Source: an uncultured Gammaproteobacteria bacterium
GTDB taxonomy: Bacteria; Patescibacteriota; Microgenomatia; CAZETR01; Amesbacteraceae
DNA: 64,000 nucleotides
Assembly (NCBI GenBank): GCA_964518565.1
Contig: CAZFGX010000001.1
Span: forward strand, 669,404 to 733,403
Direction: 5' to 3'
Under the pieces are notes generated by a model that was not told the DNA's origin, did no database searches, and saw only the letters and a program-made list of their open reading frames with translations. The position numbers and the translations under genes were made by a program. Positions 50,926 to 63,500 of the stretch are shown here, in pieces. Within the stretch, counting starts at the first letter, position 1. Each line of letters begins with the position of its first letter.

Positions 50926-52359
50926 TCAGTTTGAAAATAAAATGTTGGCTATAGATCGGATTTTTTCAGTCAATTTTTGCAAAGAATCAGAAGAAGTGAC
51001 AGCAGTCTCAACTTTCTTTTGATAGTCCTGATCTTTCGTATATTTCTCTACTAGTGGCGAGATATTTTTACCATCCCACATCCCAGAGAGTAATGCAGCA
51101 AGTAACACAAGTTGTAAAGAAAATGGTAAGGGTAAATATGCAGGTTGATCAAAAAATGCCAAAATTTTATCTCCCAAAGCCAATATTTGCCTGGAATTTT
51201 CTCCGAGTTCGGCACCAAAACGCAAAAATTGCTGGGTCTTCTCATACTCTCCCATGAGTTGTAACAACTGTCTACCTGCTTCTTTAGCAATCAAACTCTG
51301 CGTCTGATGACCTACACGAGTAACCGAAATAAACGGATTTATAGCCGGTCTTCTTCCTTTGAAGAATAAATCACTGTCAAAATAAATATGCCCATCTGTC
51401 ATAGACATCAAATTTGTCTGAATATAACCAGTGATGTCACCTTGAACAGTTTCTACAACGGGCAAACAGGTAATAGAAGCTTCTTTATCCCCAATTTGAA
51501 AATTTCCCGCCCGTTCTACCAGCTTTGAATGAACATAAAATATGTCACCGGGATAGGAATCTCTACCTGGGAATTTCCGGGATAATAAAGATAATTCTCG
51601 ATAAAACTTTGCGTGCGTGGACATATCATCAAAAACTACCAACACATCTCGACCTTGATCTCTAAAATACTCCGCAATTGTCATTGCGGTATAAGGAGCC
51701 AAAAAAATCTCCGCTGCAGAATCTTCTAATGCTGCACCTACGATAATAGTATTATTACGAACACCTTGTTGGACAAATAAATCGCCTATTCGTGCTATTT
51801 CAGTATTTTTTTTGCCCACTGCTGCATATACACACACTGTTCCAGAACGAGCCTGATTTAAAATCGTTTGAGACAACAAATAACTTTTACCAGTTTTACG
51901 ATCTCCCATTATCAACTCACGCTGACCATAACCAATAGGCACCACCAGATCAATCATGGCAACGCCCGTCACTAACTGTCGGCCAATTTTTCGTCTAGGC
52001 ACAATACCCTGAGGTGTAATATCTATTTCTCGTGTTTCGCTAGATTCGAAAAAATCTTCCCCTACACCAATTGCATTTACCGACTTTCCCAAAAGGGCCT
52101 CTGATACAGAAATTGTTAATGCCGACCCAGTACGAGCCACACGTGTCCCTACAGCCACTGGTATAGATGACAATACCAAAACTTCAACAGTTGATACTGT
52201 CAATGCAGAAACCATCCCCGACTGACCACTTTCAAACAACACCAGTTCACCCAAACGCACAGTCGGCAATCCATCGACAATTGCCACCCAATGAATAGAC
52301 TTACTTACAAAGCCAACCTCACCCAATTCATGAAGGCATACTTGAAAAGTTTTGATCAT
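50926..52359 (-). CDS. atpA: F-type ATP synthase alpha subunit
   Basis: GDRKTGKS Walker A variant and the alpha-type nucleotide-binding core. Confidence 0.95.
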   Translation of the reverse strand: MIKTFQVCLHELGEVGFVSKSIHWVAIVDGLPTVRLGELVLFESGQSGMVSALTVSTVEVLVLSSIPVAVGTRVARTGSALTISVSEALLGKSVNAIGVGEDFFESSETREIDITPQGIVPRRKIGRQLVTGVAMIDLVVPIGYGQRELIMGDRKTGKSYLLSQTILNQARSGTVCVYAAVGKKNTEIARIGDLFVQQGVRNNTIIVGAALEDSAAEIFLAPYTAMTIAEYFRDQGRDVLVVFDDMSTHAKFYRELSLLSRKFPGRDSYPGDIFYVHSKLVERAGNFQIGDKEASITCLPVVETVQGDITGYIQTNLMSMTDGHIYFDSDLFFKGRRPAINPFISVTRVGHQTQSLIAKEAGRQLLQLMGEYEKTQQFLRFGAELGENSRQILALGDKILAFFDQPAYLPLPFSLQLVLLAALLSGMWDGKNISPLVEKYTKDQDYQKKVETAVTSSDSLQKLTEKIRSIANILFSN

Positions 52360-52826
52360 AACTCAAAATACCCCCTAATCCAGTCAGATTGTTTTGAAAA
52401 AAAGTCTAAAAATTTCGTCTTAAATGATAAATCAATATAATTTCCCTTATAAGAAATAGTCGCTCCAGATATCAACCCTGGATTGTAAATAAATTCGACA
52501 AGACAGGCCTCAGAAATATTCTCTTTCACCCATGAAACGATGCTATTTTGTGATTCCGAATCTAAATTTATGGCTATTCGCAACTCTACAATATCCATAG
52601 CTAATATTTGCTCAGATATTTGAGATAGCAATCCTTTACGAGGCAAAATATCAGTTCTATCTTCAATATTAGAATCTAAAAACAACCTCAAATTATCAGC
52701 AATCTTTGAGGATTGCTGACTAATAACAGTTGGAGTAAATATAGATTTACTTAATTGATCTATTTCAAATAACCAATCAATCTGCTCTGATCTCGTACCG
52801 ATTTTTTTAAGAAGTTCAGAATACAT
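52356..52826 (-). CDS. atpH: F-type ATP synthase delta (OSCP) subunit
   Basis: Size and position. The C-terminal ISGATISYKGNYIDLSFKTKF resembles the delta C-terminal strand motif. Confidence 0.6.
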   Translation of the reverse strand: MYSELLKKIGTRSEQIDWLFEIDQLSKSIFTPTVISQQSSKIADNLRLFLDSNIEDRTDILPRKGLLSQISEQILAMDIVELRIAINLDSESQNSIVSWVKENISEACLVEFIYNPGLISGATISYKGNYIDLSFKTKFLDFFSKQSDWIRGYFEL

Positions 52827-53373
52827 GCCCCTCCTTTGCTTCTTCCAAACTTTTTAAAATAAATTCCTTTTGGGTTTCCGGTTTTATTGAATCAGACAAA
52901 ACTTTTAAAGACAGTTCTTTGATAAAAGACATCATGCGGTTATTAATTTCAATAATTTTTTTCTGCTTATAATCATCCACTTGTTGTTCTGCGGTTTTTA
53001 ATAATTCCCGCATTTTATCGTCTACAATATTTTTACCTTCAATTATTTCCCGCACACTCGAATCTTCGATATCTTTTGATACCTTTTGTATTGTTTGTTT
53101 ATATTCTTTGAGTTCTGTTTCATTTACCGCATCTAGTTTTGAATCAAGACTATTTTGAATTTTCTTCGCATCTACATGAGCCGAGTCAACGATTCTTATT
53201 GCTTCTGCGTTTGCATCATCAATAATCCTCTTTGCACGAGCCTTCAATTCTTTCTCGTGTTCAGAGTTTACAGATTCCAGCTTTGATATTTTCCGCATCC
53301 GAAGCTGATATACCCACAACAATGCTGCTACACAAATTGCCAGTAATAAAACAATAATATGTTCAATAATCAT
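52816..53373 (-). CDS. atpF: F-type ATP synthase subunit b
   Basis: Single N-terminal TM helix followed by a long charged coiled coil. Operon position. Confidence 0.6.
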   Translation of the reverse strand: MIIEHIIVLLLAICVAALLWVYQLRMRKISKLESVNSEHEKELKARAKRIIDDANAEAIRIVDSAHVDAKKIQNSLDSKLDAVNETELKEYKQTIQKVSKDIEDSSVREIIEGKNIVDDKMRELLKTAEQQVDDYKQKKIIEINNRMMSFIKELSLKVLSDSIKPETQKEFILKSLEEAKEGHVF

Positions 53374-53377
53374 ATAA

Positions 53378-54160
<783 letters not shown>

Positions 54161-54189
54161 TCATGCTAAAAGCAATCTCAGGCTGTGTC

Positions 54190-54350
54190 AACCAATGTCC
54201 AAGTTTTTTTCCCGAAAATTTTGAGGCTAAAAATTTTTTTTAAGTCAAAATTGAACAGATCTTGTATCCAAAAATGATCGACATAAAAAAATGAATACTC
54301 TAGGATATTTACCCTGCAAAAAATGTCCAAGATTTTTTCCGAAAAAAATA
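54190..54350. repeat. pair of direct repeats AATGTCCAAG-T7-CCGAAAA(A), 128 bp apart, in the divergent intergenic region
   Basis: Copies at 54194-54222 and 54322-54347. Each contains the near-palindrome T(n)CC(C)GA(n). Confidence 0.55.
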
Positions 54351-54458
54351 ATGTTTTTTTGACCTATTTATTTTGGAGAAATTAGCTTCATTTGTCCAAA
54401 AATTTTACTGACAGAATTGTAAAAGATTTTTTGACTGATCAAAAATAAAAACTACATA

Positions 54459-54488
54459 TTGACACAGGAGTCAAAATTACCGTAATCT
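54459..54488 (+). promoter_or_regulatory. candidate promoter for giant gene 2 (TTGACA-18-TAATCT)
   Basis: Consensus -35 TTGACA at 54459-54464. A -10-like TAATCT lies at 54483-54488. Confidence 0.35.
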
Positions 54489-54526
54489 AAAGTTAGACAT
54501 ACTTATACATTTCGATTCTGCCAAAA

Positions 54527-57500
54527 ATGCCCAACTCAATTTCAGATTTAAATGCAAATTCCCGCTTAACTATTCAAGAAGCGGCAAAAATTCTCAAAGT
54601 CTCCACAAAGACTCTTCGTCGTTGGGAAGCCCAAGGCTTGATCGTTCCAGAAAGAACACCAGGCAACCAAAGACGCTACAACAAATATCAATTAGAAAAT
54701 ATTGGCAAATCCCCTATTTTAGTCAAAGCACCAGTCATAAATCCCGAACCAGAAATTGATTCCATCATCGAAGAAAAAAATAACGAAGAAGTTGTTCATC
54801 AAATTCCCGCATCTATACCCACCACACCAAAACGTTCATTGTCCAAGTTCCCCTTTATTGCCACTGCAGCCATAGCTGTATTCATAGGTCTCATTGCAGC
54901 TAGTAAATCATTTAGTGCGGAAAAACTTACCCAAATTCTCCCTAAATTCACTGCCTCAAAATCTGAACCCACTATCAAAGCAATCGCCCAAGACGTCAAA
55001 AATATTCAACAAGGCACAGTTCTTGCAGAACAAACATCCGCGCTAAATGACTATATATTCTCAGTCAATGTTCCAGCTAAATTTGCCCAAGATGCGACCA
55101 TCTCAGGCAAGTTGACTGCTCCTAATGTCGTTTACAATATAAATGCAGGCACAGGTATCACCCTTTCTGGCGATCCACAAACCCCCACCATCTCAGCAAA
55201 CACCTCCGCCTTAGATTTCTTTAATAGTATCAAGGTCTCTGGTCAATCAGATGTAGTGGCCAATACCAACAACGATAGTTTTACCTTAGTCGGCGGATCC
55301 AATGTTTCTATTACTACAGATGCCACAAATAAAAAAATTACTATCACTTCAACTGATACTCAAGGTCTTACAGGCACAATTGAAGTTGGTAATGGTGGAA
55401 CTGGTCTCACTTCTTACACCACTGGAGACATTTTATATGCCTCAGCCGACGATACTCTTAGCGCTTTACCCATCGGCAGTGCCAATCAAGTGCTTACAGT
55501 CTCCGGTGGCATTCCTTCATGGACCACTTCATCCTCCAGCTGTGTTGGTGGCTGTGTTGGCCTGAATCCTTCTGCCACTCAGACTATCACTCCCGGATCT
55601 AGCACTGTCACTGGCTTAGTAGTAGCCCAAGCCTCTAGTGGCTCAGTGGATGTCTTCTCTGTTACCAACAATGCTGGCTCCACCAAATATCTATATGTAG
55701 ATTCTACTGGCAGTTTAAACGTAAATTCGCAAATAAGCTTTCCCGGTGCTGGCAGTGTCAAGTCTACTTCGACAAGTAGCCTCACTTTAGACTCTGGAAC
55801 CACCGGAGATGTGAACCTGGGTACTGGAAACAATCCCAAAACCGTCAACATCGCCACTGGTACTGGTGGAGACATTACAAATATCTCCACAGACAACACC
55901 ACCGCCGACACTATAAACATTGGCTCCTCTTTAGATACCACAACCATCCTCGGTACCACACTTATTCGTGGTGCAACTACTATCAACGACACTGGATCCA
56001 CAGCTACAAACATCGGTACAGGCTCTTCGACTGGCACCATCACTCTCGGTCGAACAACTGGTACAGACCTAGTCTTAAACGATTCAAACTGGAACATTTC
56101 CGGAGCTGGTGCAGCCAATTTTGCCACTATCGGCGCCACCACTCGCGGTACCGGCGCCTTCACTACACTTGGTGCGAATTCCACAGTCACCTTCTCTGGA
56201 CTATCATCTGGATCTGGAACAAATCTATGTCTAGATGGTAGCAACAACGTTGTTACTTGTAGCGGTGCTACTGGTATCACTGGAAGTGGCACCACAAACC
56301 GGCTCGCCAAATTCACATCTGCCTCAGTCATCGGTGACGCTATTCTTTCAGACGATGGCACTACCGTTTCTTGGACTTCCACAGCCACCACCGCAGATGC
56401 TCTTGATATCACAGCTTCATCACTCACCACAGGTAAATTGGCCAATTTCACAGGTACTTCTACTCCAGCTACAAATACAGCTACAAGTCAAAATCTGTTT
56501 GATGTCACCTACGCTCAAAGCAGCTTGGCCAACACTGCCGGCTTTGCTGGTATCAGCCTAAACTTTACCAACAATCCTACAGTTGCTGGCAATACCGAAT
56601 ATGCGATGCGAATTCAAAATCAAATCACTACAAACACTACTGACAACGCCGTCGCCGCTTTGCTCTTACTAGACAACGCTGACACTGCTGGCACTGGATC
56701 CACTGTAGTGACAGACGCCCTACGCATTACAAATTCCGGAGCTATCGGTAGCGGTATTACCAACGGTATTACATTTGGCTCTACCTCTATTGCTACCGGA
56801 TTAAACTTCTCCTCCACGCCTACTACAAATTACGTTTCAGGCACAAATTGGAGTATTACCGCAGCTGGTGCGCAAACTCTAGCCTCCTCACTCCAAGCCA
56901 CAGCTGGTACCTTTACTACGGGAAATGTCGCCATCACTGCCGGAGCTCTCACTTTAAATGGCACTACCCGCATCGCCAATTCAGGTGTAGCCACTTTGGC
57001 CGCCAACTCCACTATCGGTACTCAAACTTTTAGTGCCAATAGCATTACCGACTCCGGATCGCTAACCATCAACTCAACTAGTAATAATGCCCTGACATTG
57101 GACTCCGGTACTACTGGTACCGTAAATATCGGTACAGGCAGTGCCGGCAAAACTATCAACATCGCTACCGACAATTCAAACGCCGATACTATTAATATTG
57201 GCTCAGGCTTAGACACATTAACACTTCTTGGCACCACCAATATCAACACCACCGGCACCGCGACCACTACTCTTGGCGCCACTAGCAACACAAATCTAGT
57301 TCTCAACGACGCAGATTGGAACATTTCCGGCGCAGGAGCTGCAAACTTCGCCAGTATCGGCGCCACCACCCGCGGCACTGGAGCATTTACTACCCTTGGT
57401 GCTAATTCTACCGTCACATTCTCCGGCCTATCAGGCGGCAACGGTACAGCCTTATGTCTAGATGGTTCCAACAATGTAGTTACCTGTACAGCCGGTAACG

Positions 57501-60500
57501 GTGCCATCACCGGTTCAGGTACCACCAACCAACTAGCCAAATTCACAGCTACAGGCATCATCGGCGATAGTAGTATCTCAGACAACGGCACTACTGTGAC
57601 CATCGCTGCAGGTAAAAACCTCAGTCTAGCCGACGGGGTTGGTACATTTGCACAAACCTTCTCTCCTCTAGGAACAACTGCCACTGCTAACGGCCTTACA
57701 ATTACTCCCAAATTTACTCTGGATGCTACAGATCAAACCTTATCTTCAATATATGTAAACGCCAACAGCAACTCAAACAACGATTCCGGCGATACTCTTT
57801 ATGGCATAAACTTGGACAACATCACTTCCTCTTCAGCCTCAGAAACAGCCATAAAAGTCGGCACTGGTTGGGACAATATTATTTCATCCGCAAACTTTAC
57901 AGTTACGCAGTCTGGTGGAGTGACTGCTACTAGTGCTAGCCTCACTGGAACAGTCGACATCAACACTTCTGGATCAGCCACCACCACCATCGGCGCTGCA
58001 TCTGGCACGAACCTAGTCTTGGCCGATGCCGATTGGAATATCGCCGGCAACGGTACGGCAAACTTTGCCAGTATCGGCGCCACCACCCGCGGCACCGGCG
58101 CCTTCACCACCCTAGCCGCCAACTCTACAGTCACCTTTTCAGGTCTCTCATCTGGTACTGGCACTTCACTTTGTGTAGACGGTTCAAACAACGTCGTCAC
58201 TTGTACTGCTACTTCTAGTCAATGGCAAACAAACAGCAATGTGGTCAATCTGGTCACTTCTACTGACAATGTCACTGTCGGTTCAGCCACAAATCTGGGC
58301 AAACTCGCTGTCGATGGCGACACAGATGAAGTCCAATTGCTTATCCAAGGCAATGGCACTCAGACTTCAAATCTAGCCGTCTTCGAACAAAGCGATGGCA
58401 CAGACGCCTTCTCTATCACCAACGCTGGAAATGTTACAGTTGCTGGCACAATTACAGCCGGTTCAGGTGGTCAAGTAATCACCACTTCAGCAGGTAAAAT
58501 TGATGCAGACGCAATTGGCCTTATTTCCTCTGATGGTACTGGTGGCACTAGCTCTGGATCTGGCCTAGAAGTAGATACAGATCGACTAGGTCTATTACAA
58601 GGTTGTAGTGATGGCCAAGTTCTCAAGTGGAACGATTCAAATACCAATTGGGAATGTGCCAACGACACTGGCGCCACCTCAGCTGTCGTAAACATTCAAA
58701 ATAATGATGTAGCCGTTGGCACTAGTGTAGACACTATCGATTTCTCAACTGATTTCTCAGTCACAGCCTCACCTTCAAACGAAGCCAATATCGCCATCGA
58801 TTACTCTGCTTCAGGTATTACTCGCAAAGCTCAGGCCGAGAGTATCACTGGTGGCTGGACATTTGGTACAGGCAGCACCACCTTCAATTCCCTTTCTACC
58901 TTCAACACCGACGTAGATCTGACTTTTGCTGGTACAGAAAATCTTAGCCTTACCTCAGATCTAGCCGGCACTGTAAATCTCGCCTCCATAGTAGGTACAC
59001 CTTCTTCTACTTCAGGTACCACTCGCGGTCTATTTATCCAACAAGCCAACAGTGCCAATACAAACGGGTTAGATACAGCCATCGCTATAGACAATGCTGA
59101 TGCAGATCTAGCTCTCACCACAGCTATTAGTATCGCCAATTCTGGGGGTGGTGGCTACACCACTATTCTAGATACCACTTCCCTCGACATCTCCGGCACT
59201 GGTGCTATTACAGGTGCCACTGGTATCACCTCCTCAGGCACAATCAACTTCTCTGGTCTAACGGCCAGCAAAGTCGTCTTTACTGATGGTTCAAAAAATC
59301 TGACCTCTTCAGGCACAGTCGGTGTCGATCAAGGTGGTACTGGTGCCGGTACATTTACAACCAACGGCGTTCTCTATGGCAACGGTACTTCAGCCATTGG
59401 CGTAACCGCCGCAGGCACAAATGGTCAATTATTATTAGGCGTCACTTCCAGCGCTCCAGCCTTTGGCACTATGAGCGGCGATGCTACCATAAACAATACC
59501 GGCACACTCACCATAGCCGCGGATGCAGTAGCTCTCGGCACAGACACTACTGGAAATTACGTCGCCACAATTACCGCTGGAAATGGTATTTCCGGTTCAG
59601 TCTCTTCTGAAGGATCCACTCCCACTATTGCTCTATCAGCACTAACTGGAGACTGGGATCAAACCGGTGCTTTCGATATACTTCTAGATAATGCTAGCTC
59701 AGAATTAAAGATTTTAGAATCTTCGGGTGCCACCTATTTTGGCATCATTGATGTCGGTGACCTATCCGCAGATCGTACGTATACTTTCCCAGATGCCACC
59801 GGCACTGTGTGTTTAACTTCTGGAAACTGTTCTGGTGTCGGCGGCAGTGTCAGCACTGCGGGTGGCAGCACTAATCAACTGGCCAAATTCACTGGCGCCT
59901 CCTCTATTGGCGACTCAAATATTTCCGATGACGGCACTACAGTTACCATTGCTGCTGGCAAAAATTTAGCTCTAGCCGACGGAGTTGGCACATTTGCTCA
60001 AACTTTCTCCCCCTTAGGTACCACTTCTAATGCCAATGGTCTGACTGTCACTCCTAAATTTACTCTGAATGCTACTGACCAAACTCTATCAGCCATCTAC
60101 ATAAATCCCGACACAAATTCAAACAACGACACCGGTGACACGCTCTACGGCTTAAACATCGACAACATTACTGGATCTTCTGCAAATGAATTTGCCCTCA
60201 GACTTGGATCTGGTTATGACGCTCCCATCTATTTCGAACTCGGCTCAAATGATCTCAAACTCACCGCCACTGCCCCATCTGGTGCAACTCGTGCAGTAAA
60301 CATTCCTGCAGTTTCGGCTGACGATGAATTTTGTATCCGCACACTTGGAAATTGTTTTGGTGGCGGTGGTGGTGGTATCACTGGATCCGGTTCGGCCAAC
60401 CAAGTCGCCTATTGGTCTTCTAGTTCTGCAATCGCTGGAAATGCTGGTTACACCTTTGATCCTTCCGCCACTACCGGAAATACTCTTGCGCTTTCAAACA

Positions 60501-63500
60501 CCGGTCTAACTACCGGAAAGCTGACCTCATTCACTGGGACTTCTACTCCAGCAGCCAACACCGCTACTACTCAAAATCTATTCGATATTACATTTGCCCA
60601 ATCTACTGCCGCCAATACCAATGGCTTTACAGGTCTGGGAGTAAATTTCACCAACAACCCATCTATTTCTGGAAACACCGAATACGCAGCACGCATCCAA
60701 AACCAAGTTACTACAAACACCACTGACAATGCCGTCGCCGCTTTATTACTTTTAGACAACGCTGACACCAATGGTACTGGTTCCACCGTAGTTACCGATG
60801 CGTTAAGAATTACCAATTCTGGTGCCATCACTGCCGGCGTCACCAACGGTATCACCTTTGGTTCCACCACTATCGGAACTGGCTTAAACTTCTCTTCTAC
60901 ACCAGCTACTAACTATGTCTCTGGTACAAATTGGAGCATCACTGCCGCTGGTGCCGAAACACTCGCCTCTTCACTTCAAGCTACAGCTGGTACTTTCACT
61001 ACAGGTGACGTCGCCATCACTTCTGGCGCCCTCACTTTAAATGGCTCAACCCGAATCTCAAATGCTGGTGTCGGCTCATTCATCACCGGCACCACTATCG
61101 GTTCTCAAACATTCACGACCAACAACATTGCCGATTCAGGTGCTTTGACTATCAAATCTGCCACATCAAATGCCATTACTCTAGATTCCGGCACCACTGG
61201 TACTGTCAATATCGGTACCGGCTCATCCGGCAAAACTATTAATATCGGCACTGACAACACCAATGCAGACACCATCAACTTGGGTTCAATTGCTGACACC
61301 ACTGCTATTTCCGGAACCATCAACATTGGCACTGGCTCAAACACTGGCACCATCACCCTCGGTCGCACTGCTAGCACAGATTTAGTCTTAAACGATGCTG
61401 ATTGGAATATTTCTGGAGCTGGTGCGGCAAATCTAGCCAGTATCGGTGCCACCACTCGCGGTACTGGTGCATTTACCACGCTGGCTGCCAATTCCACAGT
61501 CACTCTTTCTGGCATATCCTCTGGTTCCGGCAGTGCTCTATGTCTAGATGTTTCAAACAACGTAGTTACTTGTTCCTCAGGATCCTCCGTCTCCGGTTCT
61601 GGTGCCGCAAACCGAGTTGCTTATTGGTCAGGCGCCAGCTCACTTACTAGTAGTGCCAACTTTACTATCGATCCTTCAGCTACCACCGGCAACACTCTGG
61701 CTCTTACAAACACTGGTCTTACCACAGGCAAACTCTTAAACCTCACTTCCACCACCAATTCAGCCGCAAACACTGCCTGGGCTGCCAATCAATTCAATGT
61801 CACCAACGCTCAAGGTACTACTGCTGTCTCCACCGGTTCAATCGCCGGAGTCGATGTTCAATTCACCCAAGGCACATCAGTTTCTGGCAACAACGAAACC
61901 GCCCTTCGAGTCAATGCAGCTCAAAACGATTCTTCCACCACAGATGCCACCATTGCTTCACTTATCGATGTCGCCAACAATGATACGTCCACTGGCAATC
62001 AAATCACCGTTACTGATGGCTTGAAAATTACTGGCTCAAACATCACCAACGGTATAAATCTATCTGGCACATTCGGCACAAATCTCATCACTTCTTCAAA
62101 CTTTAGTGTTTCCCAAGCCGGTGCCATCACTGCAGCAACTTCTAGCAACACCATCAATGGATTGATAATTAATTCTGGTGCTCTTTCCGGCATCACTGGC
62201 TACACCCAAACCTCAGGAAACTTTGCCATGTCTGGCACAGGCAGCTTTGGCACAGGTACTGGCGCCATCTCTCTCAATGGTGATACTACTATTGCTGCCG
62301 ACAAAAACTTCGTCATGACTTCTGGTACTGGCAACTTCACTGAAACTTTTGCCCCAGCTGGCACTTCTGCTACTGCCCGAGCCATGATCTTGACTCCCAC
62401 ATTTGGCATCGACGCTACAGATCAAACTCTCGCGGGTCTATACATTAATCCAAATACAAACAGCAACAGTGATTCTGGTGACGCGCTTAACGGTATAAAT
62501 ATCGCCGCGATTACCGCTTCATCGGCAAACGAAAGCGCGATCCTTATTGGTTCAGCTGGTGGTGGATCATTGGGCTGGAACAATATTTTAGTCTCAAATA
62601 GTACAGTCCTTATCAATGGTTCAGGTATCGTCCAGTCATCTGCCATCTCTGGTAGTTACACCGGTATCACCGGCACCGGTGCCTTAGATGCCGGCTCCAT
62701 CACTTCAAACTTTGGTGCCATAGATACAGGTGCCGACAACATCACCACGACTGGTACAGTCTTTGCCAACAACTTTGATCGCTCCACTTCTGGCGCCCTC
62801 ACCTTTGGCAACACCAATGCCACCTCAGTTTCTATTTGTAACTCAGCGGCATGTGACACCATCGATATCGGCACCAACACCGACGCAGATACTATTACTC
62901 TTGGTGACACAAACGACACCCTCTCTATCGCCTCCACTGGTCTAAACGTCTCTTCTGGTGGCGCACTCACTGGAGTGGCATCAATTGATACTATTGCCAC
63001 CTCAGCTACAGCATTAACATTTGCCGGTGCTGGCACAATTTCTTCAACAACCACTAGTGCTCTGACACTAGATACTGGCTCAACTGGTACATTAAATCTC
63101 GGCACAGGCAACAACGCCAAAACTATTAATCTCGGCACAGGCAATGCTGGTGACACTATCAATATCGGTACAAACAACACAGTTGCCGATACAATCAACA
63201 TTGCCTCAGCATTAGACACCACCACAGTAGCTGGAGCTGTTAAATTAACCAATCTTTCATCTGGCACAGGCAATGCTATTTGTCTGGATGGCACAAATGC
63301 ACTAGTTACTTGTACTGTTGGTTCCGGCGGCGTATCCGGCTCTGGTTCTGCCAACCAAATCACCTACTTCAGTGGCACCTCTGCCGTCACTGGGAATGCC
63401 AACTTCACTATCAACCCCGGCTCTACCACTGGCAACACCCTTGCACTGGCCAACACATCTCTGACTACAGGTTCACTGGCAAACTTCTCCGCCACTTCCA

